Part shown: piece after piece, positions 35,806-46,963 of the stretch
Layout: each line of letters begins with the position of its first letter
Position numbering within the stretch: position 1 is the stretch's first letter
Assembly (NCBI GenBank): GCA_902582845.1
Contig: CACHTQ010000001.1
Span: 61,059 to 125,058, forward strand
Length of the DNA stretch: 64,000 nucleotides
Direction: 5' to 3'
Origin: an uncultured Pelagibacteraceae bacterium
Lineage (GTDB): Bacteria > Pseudomonadota > Alphaproteobacteria > Pelagibacterales > Pelagibacteraceae
The notes under the pieces: model-generated
Told to the model about the DNA's origin: nothing
The model's database searches: none
What the model saw: only the letters and a program-made list of their open reading frames with translations
Program-made: the position numbers and the translations under genes

Positions 35806-38800
35806 TTAATTTAATTCCACATTTAATGCTAATGATTTTATTTCTTTTACTAAAACATTGAAAGATTCTGGAATACCTGACTCAAAGTTTTCTTCACCTT
35901 TAACTATTGTCTCATAGACTTTAACTCTACCTGCTACATCATCAGATTTTACAGTCAAAATTTCTTGTAAGGTATACGAGGCTCCGTATGCCTCCAAAGC
36001 CCAAACTTCCATTTCCCCAAATCTTTGTCCACCTAATTGAGCTTTTCCACCTAAAGGTTGTTGTGTAACCAAACTGTATGGTCCAGTAGATCTTGCGTGA
36101 ATTTTATCTTCCACTAAATGATGTAGTTTTAGCATATATATAATTCCAACTGTTACAGGTCTATCAAATTTTTCCCCTGTTCTTCCATCCCATAAATATG
36201 TTTGACCAGATCCAGGTAAATTTGCCAATTCCAACATCTCTGTAACATCTTTTTCTTTTGCTCCATCAAACACTGGAGTGGAAATTGCTATTCCAGACTG
36301 AAGGTTTTCACATAAATCCTCAAATTCAGTTTTGCTTAACTTATCAACTTTTTGATTGTAAATTTCATCCCCGTAAACAGATTTTAAAAATTTAGATATT
36401 TTTTCATTTTTTTCAATTTTTTTATTATTTTCATCAACTAAGTTTTTTACTTTTTCACCAAACTCCTTACAAGCCCAGCCTAAATGCGTCTCTAAAATTT
36501 GACCCACATTCATACGGCTTGGAACTCCAAGTGGATTTAAGACAATATCTACTGGTCTTCCATCTTCTCTGTAGGGCATATCCTCCACAGGCACAATCTT
36601 ACTAACTACTCCTTTATTTCCATGTCTTCCTGACATTTTGTCACCAGGTCTTAGTCTTCTTTTAATTGCTACAAATACTTTAACCATTTTCATAACACTT
36701 GGTAAAAGATCATCACCACTTCGTATTTTTAAAACTTTGTCCTCAAATCTTTCGATGATATCTTGCTCAGCTTTACTAAATTGATCTTTAAGCTGACTAA
36801 TAGCTGCATCGTTTTTTACATTTCCATCTGTAATTTTAAATACATCATTTATTGATAATTTATTAATTGTTTCAAAGTCTAGCTTTGTTCCAATATCAAG
36901 ATTTTTGATTTTCTTTGATAATGTAGAACCATTTAAAATTTGAGAAGCTCTTTGCTTAATACTTCTTTCTAAAATTTCTTCTTCAACAATTTTATCTTGT
37001 TGAACCTGATCAATTTCAGCTCTTTCAATTGTTATTGATCTTTCATCTTTTTCAATACCATGTCGATTAAAAACTTTTACATCAACTACTGTTCCACTAC
37101 TTCCTCTTGACATTCTTAAAGATGTATCTGTAACATCTATTGCTTTTTCTCCAAATATCGATCTTAATAATTTTTCTTCTGGACCAGAAGCTGAATCTCC
37201 TTTAGGTGTAACCTTGCCAACTAAAATATCACCAGCATTAACCTCTGCTCCAATATATACTATGCCAGACTCGTCTAAGTTTTTTAATGCCTCTTCATTT
37301 ACATTCGGAATATCTCTTGTTATCTCCTCTTCACCCAATTTTGTATCTCTAGCCATTATTTCATATTCAACTATATGAACAGATGTAAAAACATCATCTG
37401 TAACACATCTTTCAGAAATTAAAATTGAGTCCTCAAAATTGTATCCTTGCCAAGGCATAAATGCTACAGTCACATTTTTTCCTAAAGCTAATTCTCCCAA
37501 CCTAGTTGATGGACCATCTGCAATAATATCTCCATTTTTAACTTTATCACCAACTCTGACCAGTGGTCTTTGGTTAATACATGTATTTTGATTAGATCTT
37601 TTAAATTTTTGTAAGTTGTAAATATCGACCGTAGATTTATTAAAATCAGTCTCTTCTGTAACCTTCACAACTATTCTTTTGCCGTCAATTTTATCAACTA
37701 TACCATCTCTCTTTGCAACAATTGTCACTCCAGAGTCCAAAGCCACATCACTTTCAATACCAGTTCCAACTAGTGGAGCCTCAGGTTTAAGAAGTGGCAC
37801 TGCTTGTCTCATCATATTTGAACCCATCAATGCTCTATTTGCATCATCATTCTCTAAAAAAGGGATTAAAGAAGCTGCAACAGATACTAATTGTTTTGGA
37901 GATACATCGATATAGTCGATCGTATCAGGCTTAGCTAATAAAAAATTTAAATTTTGTCTACATGACACAAGTTCTTCAACAATCTTGTTATTCTTATCAA
38001 TTTTTGTATTAGCCTGTGCGATTGTATATTTAGTCTCCTCCATTGCAGAGAGATATTCAACGTTTTCCTGAACGACGCCGTTTTTAACTCTTTTATATGG
38101 ACTTTCAATAAAACCATATTTATTTATTTTTGCATAAGTGGATAAACTATTAATTAATCCAATATTTGGACCTTCAGGAGTTTCTATTGGACAAATTCTT
38201 CCATAATGAGTTGGATGTACATCTCGTACTTCGAAACCTGCTCGTTCTCTAGTTAAGCCTCCAGGACCTAAAGCAGAAACTCTTCTTTTATGTGTGATTT
38301 CTGATAACGGATTAGTTTGATCCATAAACTGTGATAGTTGTGAACTAGCAAAGAAATCTTTTAATGAAACTGTTAGTGGCTTAGCATTAATTAAATCTTG
38401 CGGCATTGCTGACTCAATATCTAAAGTGGTCATTTTTTCTTTAATTGCTCTCTCCATTCTGTAAACACCAATTCTAGCTTGATTTTCAACTAATTCTCCT
38501 ACTGAACGAACTCTTCGGTTACCTAGGTGATCAATATCATCTACATCATCTTTACCATCTCTCAAATCTAGCATTTTGTGAATAATAGCTATTATGTCAT
38601 CATTCCTCAAAATTGTAATTTTATCAGAGCATTCGAGATTCAGTCTTGAATTCATTTTTACTCTACCTACATCCGAAAGATCATATCTATCAGAACTAAA
38701 AAACAAGTTATTGAATATTTGGGTCGCAATTTCTATAGTTGGTGGTTCACCAGGTCGTAACATTTTATAGATTTCTGTTATAGCTTCATCTTTTGTGTTA

Positions 38801-39894
38801 TTTTTATCAGCAAAGATCGTGGTCAGCATATAACCACCTTTATTTATTGAATTTGTTACAGAAATTTCCAACGAGTGGATCTTAGCATCTAAAATTTGAT
38901 CTATAATAGTTTCATTTAATTCCGTTCCAATCTTAAAAATACCATTTTCTTCATCGTTTATTTTCACATCACTATGCAAAAATTTTCCATATAAAGATTC
39001 TTTGGAAACTAAAATATCCTTAAGTCCATCATTTGAAAGTTTTTTAGCATTAAGGTAATTTATTTTATCACCTAGTTTAATTACAACTTTCCCACTTTTG
39101 GCATCAACTACTTCCTCAGAAAAATTTTTAGCTTTGTAATTGTCTGGATTAAATTTTGTTTTCCATTTTTGAGATTGAGAGTCAAAAGAAAATTTTTCAC
39201 TTTCATAAAACTCTTTTACTATATCAGATTTTGTAAAATCAAGGGCAAGCAATAAGGTGGAAGCTAGAATTTTTTTCTTTCTATCAATCTTAAAATATAG
39301 AAAATCTTTAACGTCATATTCAAAATCTAACCATGACCCTCTATTAGGTATAACCCTGCAATTAAATAAAAGTTTTCCACTTGCGTGTGTTTTTCCTTTA
39401 TCATGATCAAAAAAAACACCTGGACTTCTGTGCATTTGATTTACTACAACTCTTTGAACTCCATTAGTAATGAAAGTTCCGCTGTTAGTCATCATTGGAA
39501 CTTCACCCATGTAAACTTCTTGCTCTTTTGCAGATAAAATATCTTTTGTATTATTTTCTTGGTTTATTTCATACACTACTAACCGTAGAGTACATTTTAA
39601 GGCAGAGGAATAAGTTAAACCTCTGGCAATACACTCATCGACATCAAATTTTGGTTTTTCTAGTCTATATGAAACATATTCTAAAGTTGCTTTGTCATTT
39701 AAATCTTCTATTGGAAAAATACTTTTAAAAACTCTATCGAAACCTTTGGATAATTCTAGGTTTTCCGGATTAAAATCTGTTAACTCATTATAAGAATTTT
39801 TTTGAACTTCAATTAGATTTGGTATGGATAAACTTTCTTTAAGTTTACCAAAGCTTTTTCTAATATTCTTTTTTTCAGTAAAAGATATTTGCAT
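35806..39894 (-). CDS. rpoB: RNA polymerase beta subunit
   Basis: [33 protein letters not shown]. Confidence 0.99.
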   Translation of the reverse strand: MQISFTEKKNIRKSFGKLKESLSIPNLIEVQKNSYNELTDFNPENLELSKGFDRVFKSIFPIEDLNDKATLEYVSYRLEKPKFDVDECIARGLTYSSALKCTLRLVVYEINQENNTKDILSAKEQEVYMGEVPMMTNSGTFITNGVQRVVVNQMHRSPGVFFDHDKGKTHASGKLLFNCRVIPNRGSWLDFEYDVKDFLYFKIDRKKKILASTLLLALDFTKSDIVKEFYESEKFSFDSQSQKWKTKFNPDNYKAKNFSEEVVDAKSGKVVIKLGDKINYLNAKKLSNDGLKDILVSKESLYGKFLHSDVKINDEENGIFKIGTELNETIIDQILDAKIHSLEISVTNSINKGGYMLTTIFADKNNTKDEAITEIYKMLRPGEPPTIEIATQIFNNLFFSSDRYDLSDVGRVKMNSRLNLECSDKITILRNDDIIAIIHKMLDLRDGKDDVDDIDHLGNRRVRSVGELVENQARIGVYRMERAIKEKMTTLDIESAMPQDLINAKPLTVSLKDFFASSQLSQFMDQTNPLSEITHKRRVSALGPGGLTRERAGFEVRDVHPTHYGRICPIETPEGPNIGLINSLSTYAKINKYGFIESPYKRVKNGVVQENVEYLSAMEETKYTIAQANTKIDKNNKIVEELVSCRQNLNFLLAKPDTIDYIDVSPKQLVSVAASLIPFLENDDANRALMGSNMMRQAVPLLKPEAPLVGTGIESDVALDSGVTIVAKRDGIVDKIDGKRIVVKVTEETDFNKSTVDIYNLQKFKRSNQNTCINQRPLVRVGDKVKNGDIIADGPSTRLGELALGKNVTVAFMPWQGYNFEDSILISERCVTDDVFTSVHIVEYEIMARDTKLGEEEITRDIPNVNEEALKNLDESGIVYIGAEVNAGDILVGKVTPKGDSASGPEEKLLRSIFGEKAIDVTDTSLRMSRGSSGTVVDVKVFNRHGIEKDERSITIERAEIDQVQQDKIVEEEILERSIKQRASQILNGSTLSKKIKNLDIGTKLDFETINKLSINDVFKITDGNVKNDAAISQLKDQFSKAEQDIIERFEDKVLKIRSGDDLLPSVMKMVKVFVAIKRRLRPGDKMSGRHGNKGVVSKIVPVEDMPYREDGRPVDIVLNPLGVPSRMNVGQILETHLGWACKEFGEKVKNLVDENNKKIEKNEKISKFLKSVYGDEIYNQKVDKLSKTEFEDLCENLQSGIAISTPVFDGAKEKDVTEMLELANLPGSGQTYLWDGRTGEKFDRPVTVGIIYMLKLHHLVEDKIHARSTGPYSLVTQQPLGGKAQLGGQRFGEMEVWALEAYGASYTLQEILTVKSDDVAGRVKVYETIVKGEENFESGIPESFNVLVKEIKSLALNVELN

Positions 39895-39907
39895 CTATGT
39901 TTTAAAA

Positions 39908-39928
39908 CTGATTAAAAAAATTAATCAG
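39908..39928 (-). terminator. Weak hairpin (attenuator-like) between rplL and rpoB
   Basis: CTGATTAA-N5-TTAATCAG inverted repeat followed by TTTT on the minus strand. Confidence 0.4.
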
Positions 39929-39951
39929 CTTTTGAATTCTTTCTAATTAAT

Positions 39952-40317
39952 TTATTTTAATTCTACTTTTGCGCCTGCAGCTTCTAATTTAGCTTTGATT
40001 TCTTCAGCTTCTTTTTTAGGAACACCTGTTTTGACCTCTTTCGGTGCACCTTCAACTAAATCTTTTGCTTCTTTTAAACCAAGTGAAGTAGCTGCTCTTA
40101 CTTCCTTGATAACATTAATTTTTTTATCACCTGCTGATACTAGCATAATAGTAAAATCATCTTTATCTGCTGCTGCTTCCCCACCAGCTGCTGCTGCTGG
40201 AGCTGCTGCTGCCATAGGAGTTACACCCCATTTTTCCTCTAATTGCTTAGAAAGATCTGCTGCTTCTGCAACAGTCAGTTTCGATAAATCATCTATAATT
40301 TTATTTAGGTCTGGCAT
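39952..40317 (-). CDS. rplL: 50S ribosomal protein L7/L12
   Basis: Ala-rich hinge, [20 protein letters not shown]. Confidence 0.98.
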   Translation of the reverse strand: MPDLNKIIDDLSKLTVAEAADLSKQLEEKWGVTPMAAAAPAAAAGGEAAADKDDFTIMLVSAGDKKINVIKEVRAATSLGLKEAKDLVEGAPKEVKTGVPKKEAEEIKAKLEAAGAKVELK

Positions 40318-40320
40318 AAT

Positions 40321-40842
40321 CTACTCTTTAGGTTGTGTTTCTGAATTTTCTGAAGGTAAATTACTCATTTTTTCTGAACGTGCAAGTAAAATACTTACTA
40401 ATTTTGATGCTGACGCGTTTAAAATACCAACAATATTGGCTCTAGCCTCATCCAATGTTGGTAAATTTGCTACATTTTGTACTCCCGCCTGATCTAAAAC
40501 CTCATTGTCCATAATACCACCAATTAGTTTTAGATTTTCGTGATCTTTTGCAAATTTTGATAAAATTCTTGCAGACATAATTGCATCTTCACCAAATGCT
40601 ACAGCTGTAGGTCCAGTGAAAAGATTCGATAAATCTTTACACTTAGTTTTTTCTAGCGCTAATTTTGTAATTCTGTTTTTTGTAATTTTAAAAACTATAC
40701 CATGTTCTCTCATTTTAGATCTTAATTCATCTAACTGAGGCATTGTTAAACCTTGATAATGAGTAACCATTATAGCTTTACTATTTTCAAACTGACTAGT
40801 CATTTCCTCAATATAACTTTTCTTTTGTTCTTTATTCATCAT
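40321..40842 (-). CDS. rplJ: 50S ribosomal protein L10
   Basis: YQGLT, KNRITKLAL, GPTAVAF, LPTLDE. Confidence 0.97.
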   Translation of the reverse strand: MMNKEQKKSYIEEMTSQFENSKAIMVTHYQGLTMPQLDELRSKMREHGIVFKITKNRITKLALEKTKCKDLSNLFTGPTAVAFGEDAIMSARILSKFAKDHENLKLIGGIMDNEVLDQAGVQNVANLPTLDEARANIVGILNASASKLVSILLARSEKMSNLPSENSETQPKE

Positions 40843-40844
40843 AA

Positions 40845-41534
40845 CTATATTGCTTTTCCTAATTTAACTTTATATGAAATGCCCATGGTTGAAGTGGCAA
40901 ATACACTTCTAATTAAATCACCTTTTAAAGTATTGTTTGATTTCTCTTTTTCTAAAGCTTCTAGAATAGCAGTATAATTCTTTAGTAATTGTTCATCACT
41001 AAAAGATTTTTTACCAATACTAACACCTATATTTCCATCTTTATCATTTCTAATTTCGACTTGACCCGACTTGGCATTTGTCACAGCTTCTTTAATATTT
41101 TCTGAAACCGACCCAAGCTTAGGATTAGGCATTAATCCTTTTGGTCCCAAAACTTTTCCTAATTTTGAAAGTTTAATCATCATTCCAGGAGTACAAATTA
41201 ATTTCTCAAAACTTAATTCACCTCCTTTAATTTTTTCTACAAACTCATCACCACCTACTATGTCGGCACCAGCATCTTTTGCATCTTGCATTTTATTGTC
41301 TTCACAAACAACAGCAACCTTTACTTTTTTACCAGTACCTCCTGGCAAATTAACTACTGTTCTTATATTAACTTCACTTTTCTTTTGCTTATTATTTATT
41401 CGAAAACTTAAATCTAAAGATTCATCAAATTTAGTTGTGCAGTTTTTTTTAAGCGCTGGTAATAATTTCTCTAAAGTCTCCACATTAATATCTTTTGTTT
41501 TTTCAGGTAATTTTTTATATCTTTTAGAAACCAT
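40845..41534 (-). CDS. rplA: 50S ribosomal protein L1
   Basis: KFDES, LGPKGLMPNPKLGS, STMG. Confidence 0.98.
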   Translation of the reverse strand: MVSKRYKKLPEKTKDINVETLEKLLPALKKNCTTKFDESLDLSFRINNKQKKSEVNIRTVVNLPGGTGKKVKVAVVCEDNKMQDAKDAGADIVGGDEFVEKIKGGELSFEKLICTPGMMIKLSKLGKVLGPKGLMPNPKLGSVSENIKEAVTNAKSGQVEIRNDKDGNIGVSIGKKSFSDEQLLKNYTAILEALEKEKSNNTLKGDLIRSVFATSTMGISYKVKLGKAI

Positions 41535-41965
41535 TATTCTTTTACCTCAATACCCATTGACCTTGCTGAACCTGCAATGATTTTAACTGCTTCATCTAAA
41601 TCAAAAGCATTTAAATCATTCATTTTTTGTTTCGCAATTTCTTCAGCTTGTTTTTTTGTTATAGAAGCTACAATATTTCTACCAGGCTCTTTTGAACCAC
41701 TTTTTAATTTTGCAGCCTCTCTTATAAAAAAGGATGCAGGCGGTGATTTTATTTTAAAATCAAATTTTTTATCTTTGTAGACTGTAATTTCTACGGGAAC
41801 AGGTTTGCCTGCCATTGATTTTGTTTTGTCATTAAAAGCCTTACAGAACTCCATAATGTTTACACCTCGCTGACCAAGTGCAGGACCTACAGGAGGTGCA
41901 GGATTTGCTTGACCACCTTTTATTTGTAATTTTATAAATCCACTAATTTCTTTTTTTGCAGCCAT
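41534..41965 (-). CDS. rplK: 50S ribosomal protein L11
   Basis: [19 protein letters not shown]. Confidence 0.99.
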   Translation of the reverse strand: MAAKKEISGFIKLQIKGGQANPAPPVGPALGQRGVNIMEFCKAFNDKTKSMAGKPVPVEITVYKDKKFDFKIKSPPASFFIREAAKLKSGSKEPGRNIVASITKKQAEEIAKQKMNDLNAFDLDEAVKIIAGSARSMGIEVKE

Positions 41966-42495
41966 TAACTTATTTTCTCCACTTGATTGTACTCCAATTC
42001 AACCGGTGTTGGTCTTCCAAATATGGAAACCGAGACTTTTAATCTAGATTTTTCCTCATCGATCCCCTCTACCATTCCGCTAAATGAAGCAAATGGTCCA
42101 TCCACAACTTGGACTTTTTCACCAACGCTGTACTCTATACCAGATTTTGGCTGAGCTACACCATCTTTTATTTGTCCTAAAATCTTTTCTATTTCTTTGT
42201 CAGAAACAGGGACTGGTATCCCTTTTGTACCCAAAAAACCACTTACTTTTTTTATATTCTTAATCATGTGGTAAATACTATTATCCATCTCACTTTTTAT
42301 AAGTACATAACCTGGAAAATATTTTTTTTTTCTTTGAACTCTTTTTCCTCTTTTAACTTCAGTAATATCGTGTGTTGGAACAATAATTTCATCAAATTTG
42401 TCTGAAATTTTTGCTTTTTCAGCCTCTTCTTTAATTAAGCCTGCAACTTTATTTTCAAAACTTGAGTGAGATTGAACAATGTACCAATTTTTCAT
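41965..42495 (-). CDS. nusG: Transcription antitermination factor NusG
   Basis: [31 protein letters not shown]. Confidence 0.98.
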   Translation of the reverse strand: MKNWYIVQSHSSFENKVAGLIKEEAEKAKISDKFDEIIVPTHDITEVKRGKRVQRKKKYFPGYVLIKSEMDNSIYHMIKNIKKVSGFLGTKGIPVPVSDKEIEKILGQIKDGVAQPKSGIEYSVGEKVQVVDGPFASFSGMVEGIDEEKSRLKVSVSIFGRPTPVELEYNQVEKIS

Positions 42496-42686
42496 TATAT
42501 GCTTACCTTTAGTAATATTTCTAAGAAAAATTTTAAAACCTGATCAAGAAGTAAAAAGAATATAGACATAACCACAGCCATAGCGAAAACCATAAGCGCA
42601 CCTTGTAAAGTTTCTTTACCTGTGGGCCAAGTAACTTTAAAAGCTTCCTGTTTTACTTCTTGTATAAATTTAATAGGGTTTTTCAT
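42495..42686 (-). CDS. secE: Preprotein translocase SecE
   Basis: FIQEVKQEAFKVTWP plus one TM helix; between tRNA-Trp and nusG. Confidence 0.96.
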   Translation of the reverse strand: MKNPIKFIQEVKQEAFKVTWPTGKETLQGALMVFAMAVVMSIFFLLLDQVLKFFLEILLKVSI

Positions 42687-42703
42687 AATTCAATTTATTT
42701 TAT

Positions 42704-42779
42704 TGGCAGGAGCGGAGGGACTCGAACCCTCAGCCTCCGGTTTTGGAGACCGGCGCTCTACCAATTGAGCTACACTCCT
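42704..42779 (-). tRNA. tRNA-Trp (CCA)
   Basis: AGGAGTGTAGCTCAATTGGTAGAGCGCCGGTCTCCAAAACCGG...GGTTCGAGTCC...CCTGCCA, 76 nt. Confidence 0.97.
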
Positions 42780-42788
42780 ATAGAGAGT

Positions 42789-43979
42789 TTACTCTATAAT
42801 TTTTGTTACAACTCCTGCTCCTACAGTTCTACCACCTTCCCTAATTGCAAAGTTTAGTTTTTCTGACATTGCAATAGGAGTAATCAATTTCACTGTAAAT
42901 TTAGCATCATCACCCGGCATTACCATTTCTGTTCCTGCAGGTAATTCAACTTCACCTGTAACATCTGTAGTTCTAAAGTAAAATTGTGGTCTGTATTTAG
43001 TAAAGAAAGGTGTATGTCTTCCTCCCTCTTCTTTTTTTAATACATAAGCTTGAGCTTCAAATTTAGTGTGTGGTGTAACCGAACCTGGTTTACAAAGAAC
43101 CTGTCCTCTTTCAATATCAGTTCTTTCAACACCTCTTAATAAAACACCAACGTTGTCACCCGCTTCACCCGAATCTAAAAGTTTCCTGAACATTTCAACA
43201 CCAGTACAAACTGATTTTTTAGTTTCTCTAATTCCAACTATTTCAATTTCGTCTCCAGTTTTTAGAACACCTGACTCTACTCTGCCAGTAGCAACTGTAC
43301 CTCTTCCAGATATAGAAAATACATCCTCAACAGGCATAAGAAAATCTTTATCTTTTGGTCTATCTGGTTGTGGAATGAACTCATCAACATTTTTCATTAA
43401 CTCTAAAATTGATTTTTTTCCTATTTCCTCATCTCTTCCCTCTACGGCAGCAAGTGCAGAACCCTTTGCTATTGGGGTTTTATCACCTGGAAATTTGTAT
43501 GAAGTTAACAATTCTCTTATTTCTTCTTCAACAAGATCTATCATTTCTTTATCATCAACTTGGTCTACTTTATTTAGGTAAACACAAATTGCAGGGACAC
43601 CTACTTGTCTTGCTAAGAGAATATGTTCTCTTGTTTGGGGCATAGGTCCATCAGCAGCATTTACAACTAAAATTGCACCATCCATTTGCGCCGCACCTGT
43701 AATCATATTTTTTACGTAGTCAGCGTGACCAGGACAATCTACGTGAGCGTAATGTCTTTTCTCAGTTTCATATTCTACATGAGCCGTAGATATAGTAATA
43801 CCCCTCTCTTTTTCTTCTGGAGCTTTATCAATTTGATCATATGCAATAGCTTGTGCACCACCAGTTTCAGATAAAACTTTCGTGATAGCTGCAGTTAAAG
43901 TTGTTTTACCATGATCGACATGACCAATTGTACCAATGTTACAATGTGGTTTATTTCTTACAAATTTTTCTTTCGACAT
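42789..43979 (-). CDS. tuf: Elongation factor Tu
   Basis: [28 protein letters not shown]. Confidence 0.99.
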   Translation of the reverse strand: MSKEKFVRNKPHCNIGTIGHVDHGKTTLTAAITKVLSETGGAQAIAYDQIDKAPEEKERGITISTAHVEYETEKRHYAHVDCPGHADYVKNMITGAAQMDGAILVVNAADGPMPQTREHILLARQVGVPAICVYLNKVDQVDDKEMIDLVEEEIRELLTSYKFPGDKTPIAKGSALAAVEGRDEEIGKKSILELMKNVDEFIPQPDRPKDKDFLMPVEDVFSISGRGTVATGRVESGVLKTGDEIEIVGIRETKKSVCTGVEMFRKLLDSGEAGDNVGVLLRGVERTDIERGQVLCKPGSVTPHTKFEAQAYVLKKEEGGRHTPFFTKYRPQFYFRTTDVTGEVELPAGTEMVMPGDDAKFTVKLITPIAMSEKLNFAIREGGRTVGAGVVTKIIE

Positions 43980-44019
43980 TACTTTTTTTCCTCACTTTTC
44001 AAATTTAAATTTATTTTCT

Positions 44020-44093
44020 TGGAGCGGGTAAAGGGAATCGAACCCTTACATCCAGCTTGGAAGGCTAGCGTTCTACCATTGAACTACACCCGC
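44020..44093 (-). tRNA. tRNA-Gly (TCC)
   Basis: GCGGGTGTAGTTCAATGGTAGAACGCTAGCCTTCCAAGCTGG...GGTTCGATTCC...CGCTCCA, 74 nt. Confidence 0.97.
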
Positions 44094-44137
44094 ACAACCC
44101 CAAGAGTAACACTCCAGTATTGTTTAAATATATTGAA

Positions 44138-44223
44138 TGGTGGAGGGGGAAAGATTCGAACTTTCGAAGACCGAAGTCAACGGGTTTACAGCCCGCCCCA
44201 TTTGACCGCTCTGGAACCCCTCC
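44138..44223 (-). tRNA. tRNA-Tyr (GTA)
   Basis: GGAGGGGTTCCAGAGCGGTCAAATGGGGCGGGCTGTAAACCCG, long variable arm, ...CCTCCACCA, 86 nt. Confidence 0.97.
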
Positions 44224-44352
44224 CTTAGGGGAAGTGTCCCCTTGTTCAATAAAGCTTCAAACAACACGCGTTTTATATATTTTATTTATGTAATTGCAAT
44301 ATGAGAATTATTAAGAAAATATAGTAAAAACCTATAAAAATGAGCAAAATTT

Positions 44353-45096
44353 ATGAATAAATCAACGTTTTTTATTATTGGTCAGCATGCAGTAGTTGAA
44401 GCTCTTAAGAATCCAAAAAGAAAGGTTTTAAGAGTATTTTTAACAGAGGAAAGTAAAAAAAATATTCATAAAAAAAATCCAAATAAAAATCTACTCCAAG
44501 ATGTAAAAGTATATTTCAAAACAAAAAAAGAACTAGATAAATATTCAACTAAAGAAAACTTACTACATCAAGGATATGTTGCTGAAATTGAGCATTTGGA
44601 AAAACCAATCTTAAAAGAATTTATTAAAAAAAAAAATGAAATCACATTAGTTTGTTTAGACGGTGTATTGGATCCAAGAAATATTGGGTCACTTATAAGA
44701 AGTGCAGCATCTTTCAATATAGATGGGGTTATCATTAAACAAAGGCATTTTCCAAGTGAAAGTAAACTTATGTATAAGGCGGCAAGTGGTGCAATGGAAT
44801 ATTTAAATATATTTGAAGTATCTAATATCAATTCAACCCTCAAAAATTTAAAAGATAAAAATTTTTGGGTCTATGGCTTTGATGGTGAAGGTGATCAAAA
44901 CTTTGCAAATTTAGAATGGAAAGGAAACAATATACTTTTATTTGGATCTGAGGGATCAGGAATGCGCGAACATACATATAAGTATGCAGATTTTATTGTT
45001 AAAATAAGCATTAATGATAAAGTTGAAAGCCTTAATATATCAAATAGTGCTGCTATAGTTTTTCATCATTTAAGTTTTTTAAAAAATAAGAAATAA
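44353..45096 (+). CDS. rlmB: 23S rRNA (G2251-2'-O)-methyltransferase, TrmH family
   Basis: GQHAVVEAL, HQG, DPRNIGSLIRSA, GSEGSG, ESLNISNSA; usual position divergent from tRNA-Tyr. Confidence 0.92.
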   Translation: MNKSTFFIIGQHAVVEALKNPKRKVLRVFLTEESKKNIHKKNPNKNLLQDVKVYFKTKKELDKYSTKENLLHQGYVAEIEHLEKPILKEFIKKKNEITLVCLDGVLDPRNIGSLIRSAASFNIDGVIIKQRHFPSESKLMYKAASGAMEYLNIFEVSNINSTLKNLKDKNFWVYGFDGEGDQNFANLEWKGNNILLFGSEGSGMREHTYKYADFIVKISINDKVESLNISNSAAIVFHHLSFLKNKK

Positions 45097-45121
45097 TTTT
45101 TTTAATTAAATAGCAAAATAA

Positions 45122-46144
45122 TTATAGTTCATTTTTAATCATATCCGAAATTAAATGATCGATAGATGTTTTTGGTTTCCAATTTAAATATTTTTTAATT
45201 TTATTGCTGTTAGCTCGTAAGTTATCAACTTCTTTTTCTCTAAAATATTTTTTACTTACTTTAATAATTACTTTATTAGTTTTTGCATCTACCCCTATTT
45301 GATTTAAACCTTTACCTTTATATATTATCTTAATACCCAACTGTTTAGCTGTTTTATTCAAAAATTGTTTAACAGAGTAGGATTTACCTGTTCCTACAAC
45401 ATAATCTCTCGGTATAGGAGCTTGAAGTATTTTCCACATTGATTCAACATATTCTTTAGCATGACCCCAGTCTCTTGTGGCATCTAGATTTCCTAGAAAT
45501 AAGATTTTTTGTTTTTTTTTTTTAATTCTTAGTAAACCATTAATAATTTTTTTTGTAACAAAATTAACTCCTCGTCGAGGAGATTCATGATTAAATAAAA
45601 TTCCATTACATGCATGAATTTTATAAGCATCTCTGTAATATTTTACTGTATGAAATGAAAAAATTTTTGAAATAGCGTATATGGAACATGGTGAGAATGT
45701 AGTAGTTTCACTTTGTGGAGGTTTTGATGAACCAAACATTTCAGAACTTGATGCTTGATAAAACTTAATTTTCTTTTTTTTATAAAATCTTATAATTTCA
45801 AGTATCCTTAAAGATCCTAATCCTGTTATATTTGCAGTATACTCAGGTATAGTTGCTGAAATTTTTACATGACTCTGAGCTGCTAAATTATAAATTTCAT
45901 CTGGGTTTGTTTTGTAAATTATACTATATAGAGAAGTAACATCCGACAAATCTCCATAATGTAAAAAAATATTCTTACTTTGAAAATTTACGCTATCAAA
46001 AATATGATCTATTCTTTCTGTGTTAGGTGAAGAAGATCTTCTTTTGACACCATGAACTATATAGTTTTTTTTAATCAAAAGTTCTGCAAGATATGAGCCA
46101 TCTTGACCAGTTATTCCAAAAATTAATGCTATTTTTTTCTTCAT
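45122..46144 (-). CDS. gmd: GDP-mannose 4,6-dehydratase
   Basis: GITGQDGSYLAE, YNLAAQSHV, YQASSSEMFG, LFNHESPRRG, GNLDATRDWGHA. Confidence 0.95.
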   Translation of the reverse strand: MKKKIALIFGITGQDGSYLAELLIKKNYIVHGVKRRSSSPNTERIDHIFDSVNFQSKNIFLHYGDLSDVTSLYSIIYKTNPDEIYNLAAQSHVKISATIPEYTANITGLGSLRILEIIRFYKKKKIKFYQASSSEMFGSSKPPQSETTTFSPCSIYAISKIFSFHTVKYYRDAYKIHACNGILFNHESPRRGVNFVTKKIINGLLRIKKKKQKILFLGNLDATRDWGHAKEYVESMWKILQAPIPRDYVVGTGKSYSVKQFLNKTAKQLGIKIIYKGKGLNQIGVDAKTNKVIIKVSKKYFREKEVDNLRANSNKIKKYLNWKPKTSIDHLISDMIKNEL

Positions 46145-46248
46145 ACTTTCATTTAGCACTTATATGAAATCAAACGAAATTTCTATAAGAAATCACACTG
46201 AAATAATAATATTAAAAAATACAAAAAATTAATCAATCTATTTTAAAT

Positions 46249-46962
46249 TTATTTTTTAATATTTTTAATTAAAAACAACTTAATCAAACCAAAAAATGAT
46301 TGAAGTATTAAAATAAAATTAACAGAGCTCTCTCCCCTCACTCTATTAGTAAAAATAGAATTTATTTCCATTATTTTCAGATTTGATTGATGAATTTTAA
46401 GTAAGATTTCTGAAAGAACAATAAAACCATCTCCAATCTTTCCACAATCTTTAATAATTATTTTTACTGCTCTTTTGGAATATATTCTAAATCCATTGGT
46501 ATAATCACTTATTTTTATTCTAAGAAAAAATCTAGCTAATAGATTTGCTAATTTTGAAAAAATTCTTCTTTTAATACTCCAATTATTAATTCTACTACTT
46601 GGTAAATATCTACTGGCGATTAATAGGTCGCAATTATTTTTTAAAAAAAAATCAATATTTCTTTTTAATTCACTTGGTTTATGAGAAAAATCAGCATCCA
46701 TTTCAACAAAAATTTGATTATTGGAATTTTGCATAGCTTTTTTTAAACCAAACAAAACTGCTGAACCTCTACCTTTTTTATTTTTTCTAACAATAAATCT
46801 AATTTTACCATTTTTTTTAAATATTTTATTAATTGATGAGTTCTTCGTATCATCAATAATTAAAATTTTACAATTTGGAACAAACTTGTGTATTTGATTT
46901 GTGAGTTTTAAAATATTCTTTTCCTCGTTAAAAGTTGGAATTACAATTATTAAATTTTTCAT
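46249..46962 (-). CDS. GT2 glycosyltransferase, DPM1/polyprenol-phosphate sugar synthase-like
   Basis: IPTFNEEKNI, KKGRGSA, EMDADFSH, ASRY, DYTNGFRIY, FTNRVRGESS. Confidence 0.85.
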   Translation of the reverse strand: MKNLIIVIPTFNEEKNILKLTNQIHKFVPNCKILIIDDTKNSSINKIFKKNGKIRFIVRKNKKGRGSAVLFGLKKAMQNSNNQIFVEMDADFSHKPSELKRNIDFFLKNNCDLLIASRYLPSSRINNWSIKRRIFSKLANLLARFFLRIKISDYTNGFRIYSKRAVKIIIKDCGKIGDGFIVLSEILLKIHQSNLKIMEINSIFTNRVRGESSVNFILILQSFFGLIKLFLIKNIKK

Positions 46963-46963
46963 T

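Noticed and set aside
40168-40213. GCT/GCA triplet repeats
   Set aside because: They encode the normal Ala-rich hinge of L7/L12
42660-42857. 65-aa ORF, and the 105-aa ORF at 43911-44228
   Set aside because: They overlap tRNA-Trp and tRNA-Gly/Tyr on the opposite strand; translations of tRNA sequence
44227-44242. AGGGGA-AGTG-TCCCCT hairpin upstream of tRNA-Tyr
   Set aside because: A 6-bp stem in the pre-tRNA leader with no T tract; no function can be supported
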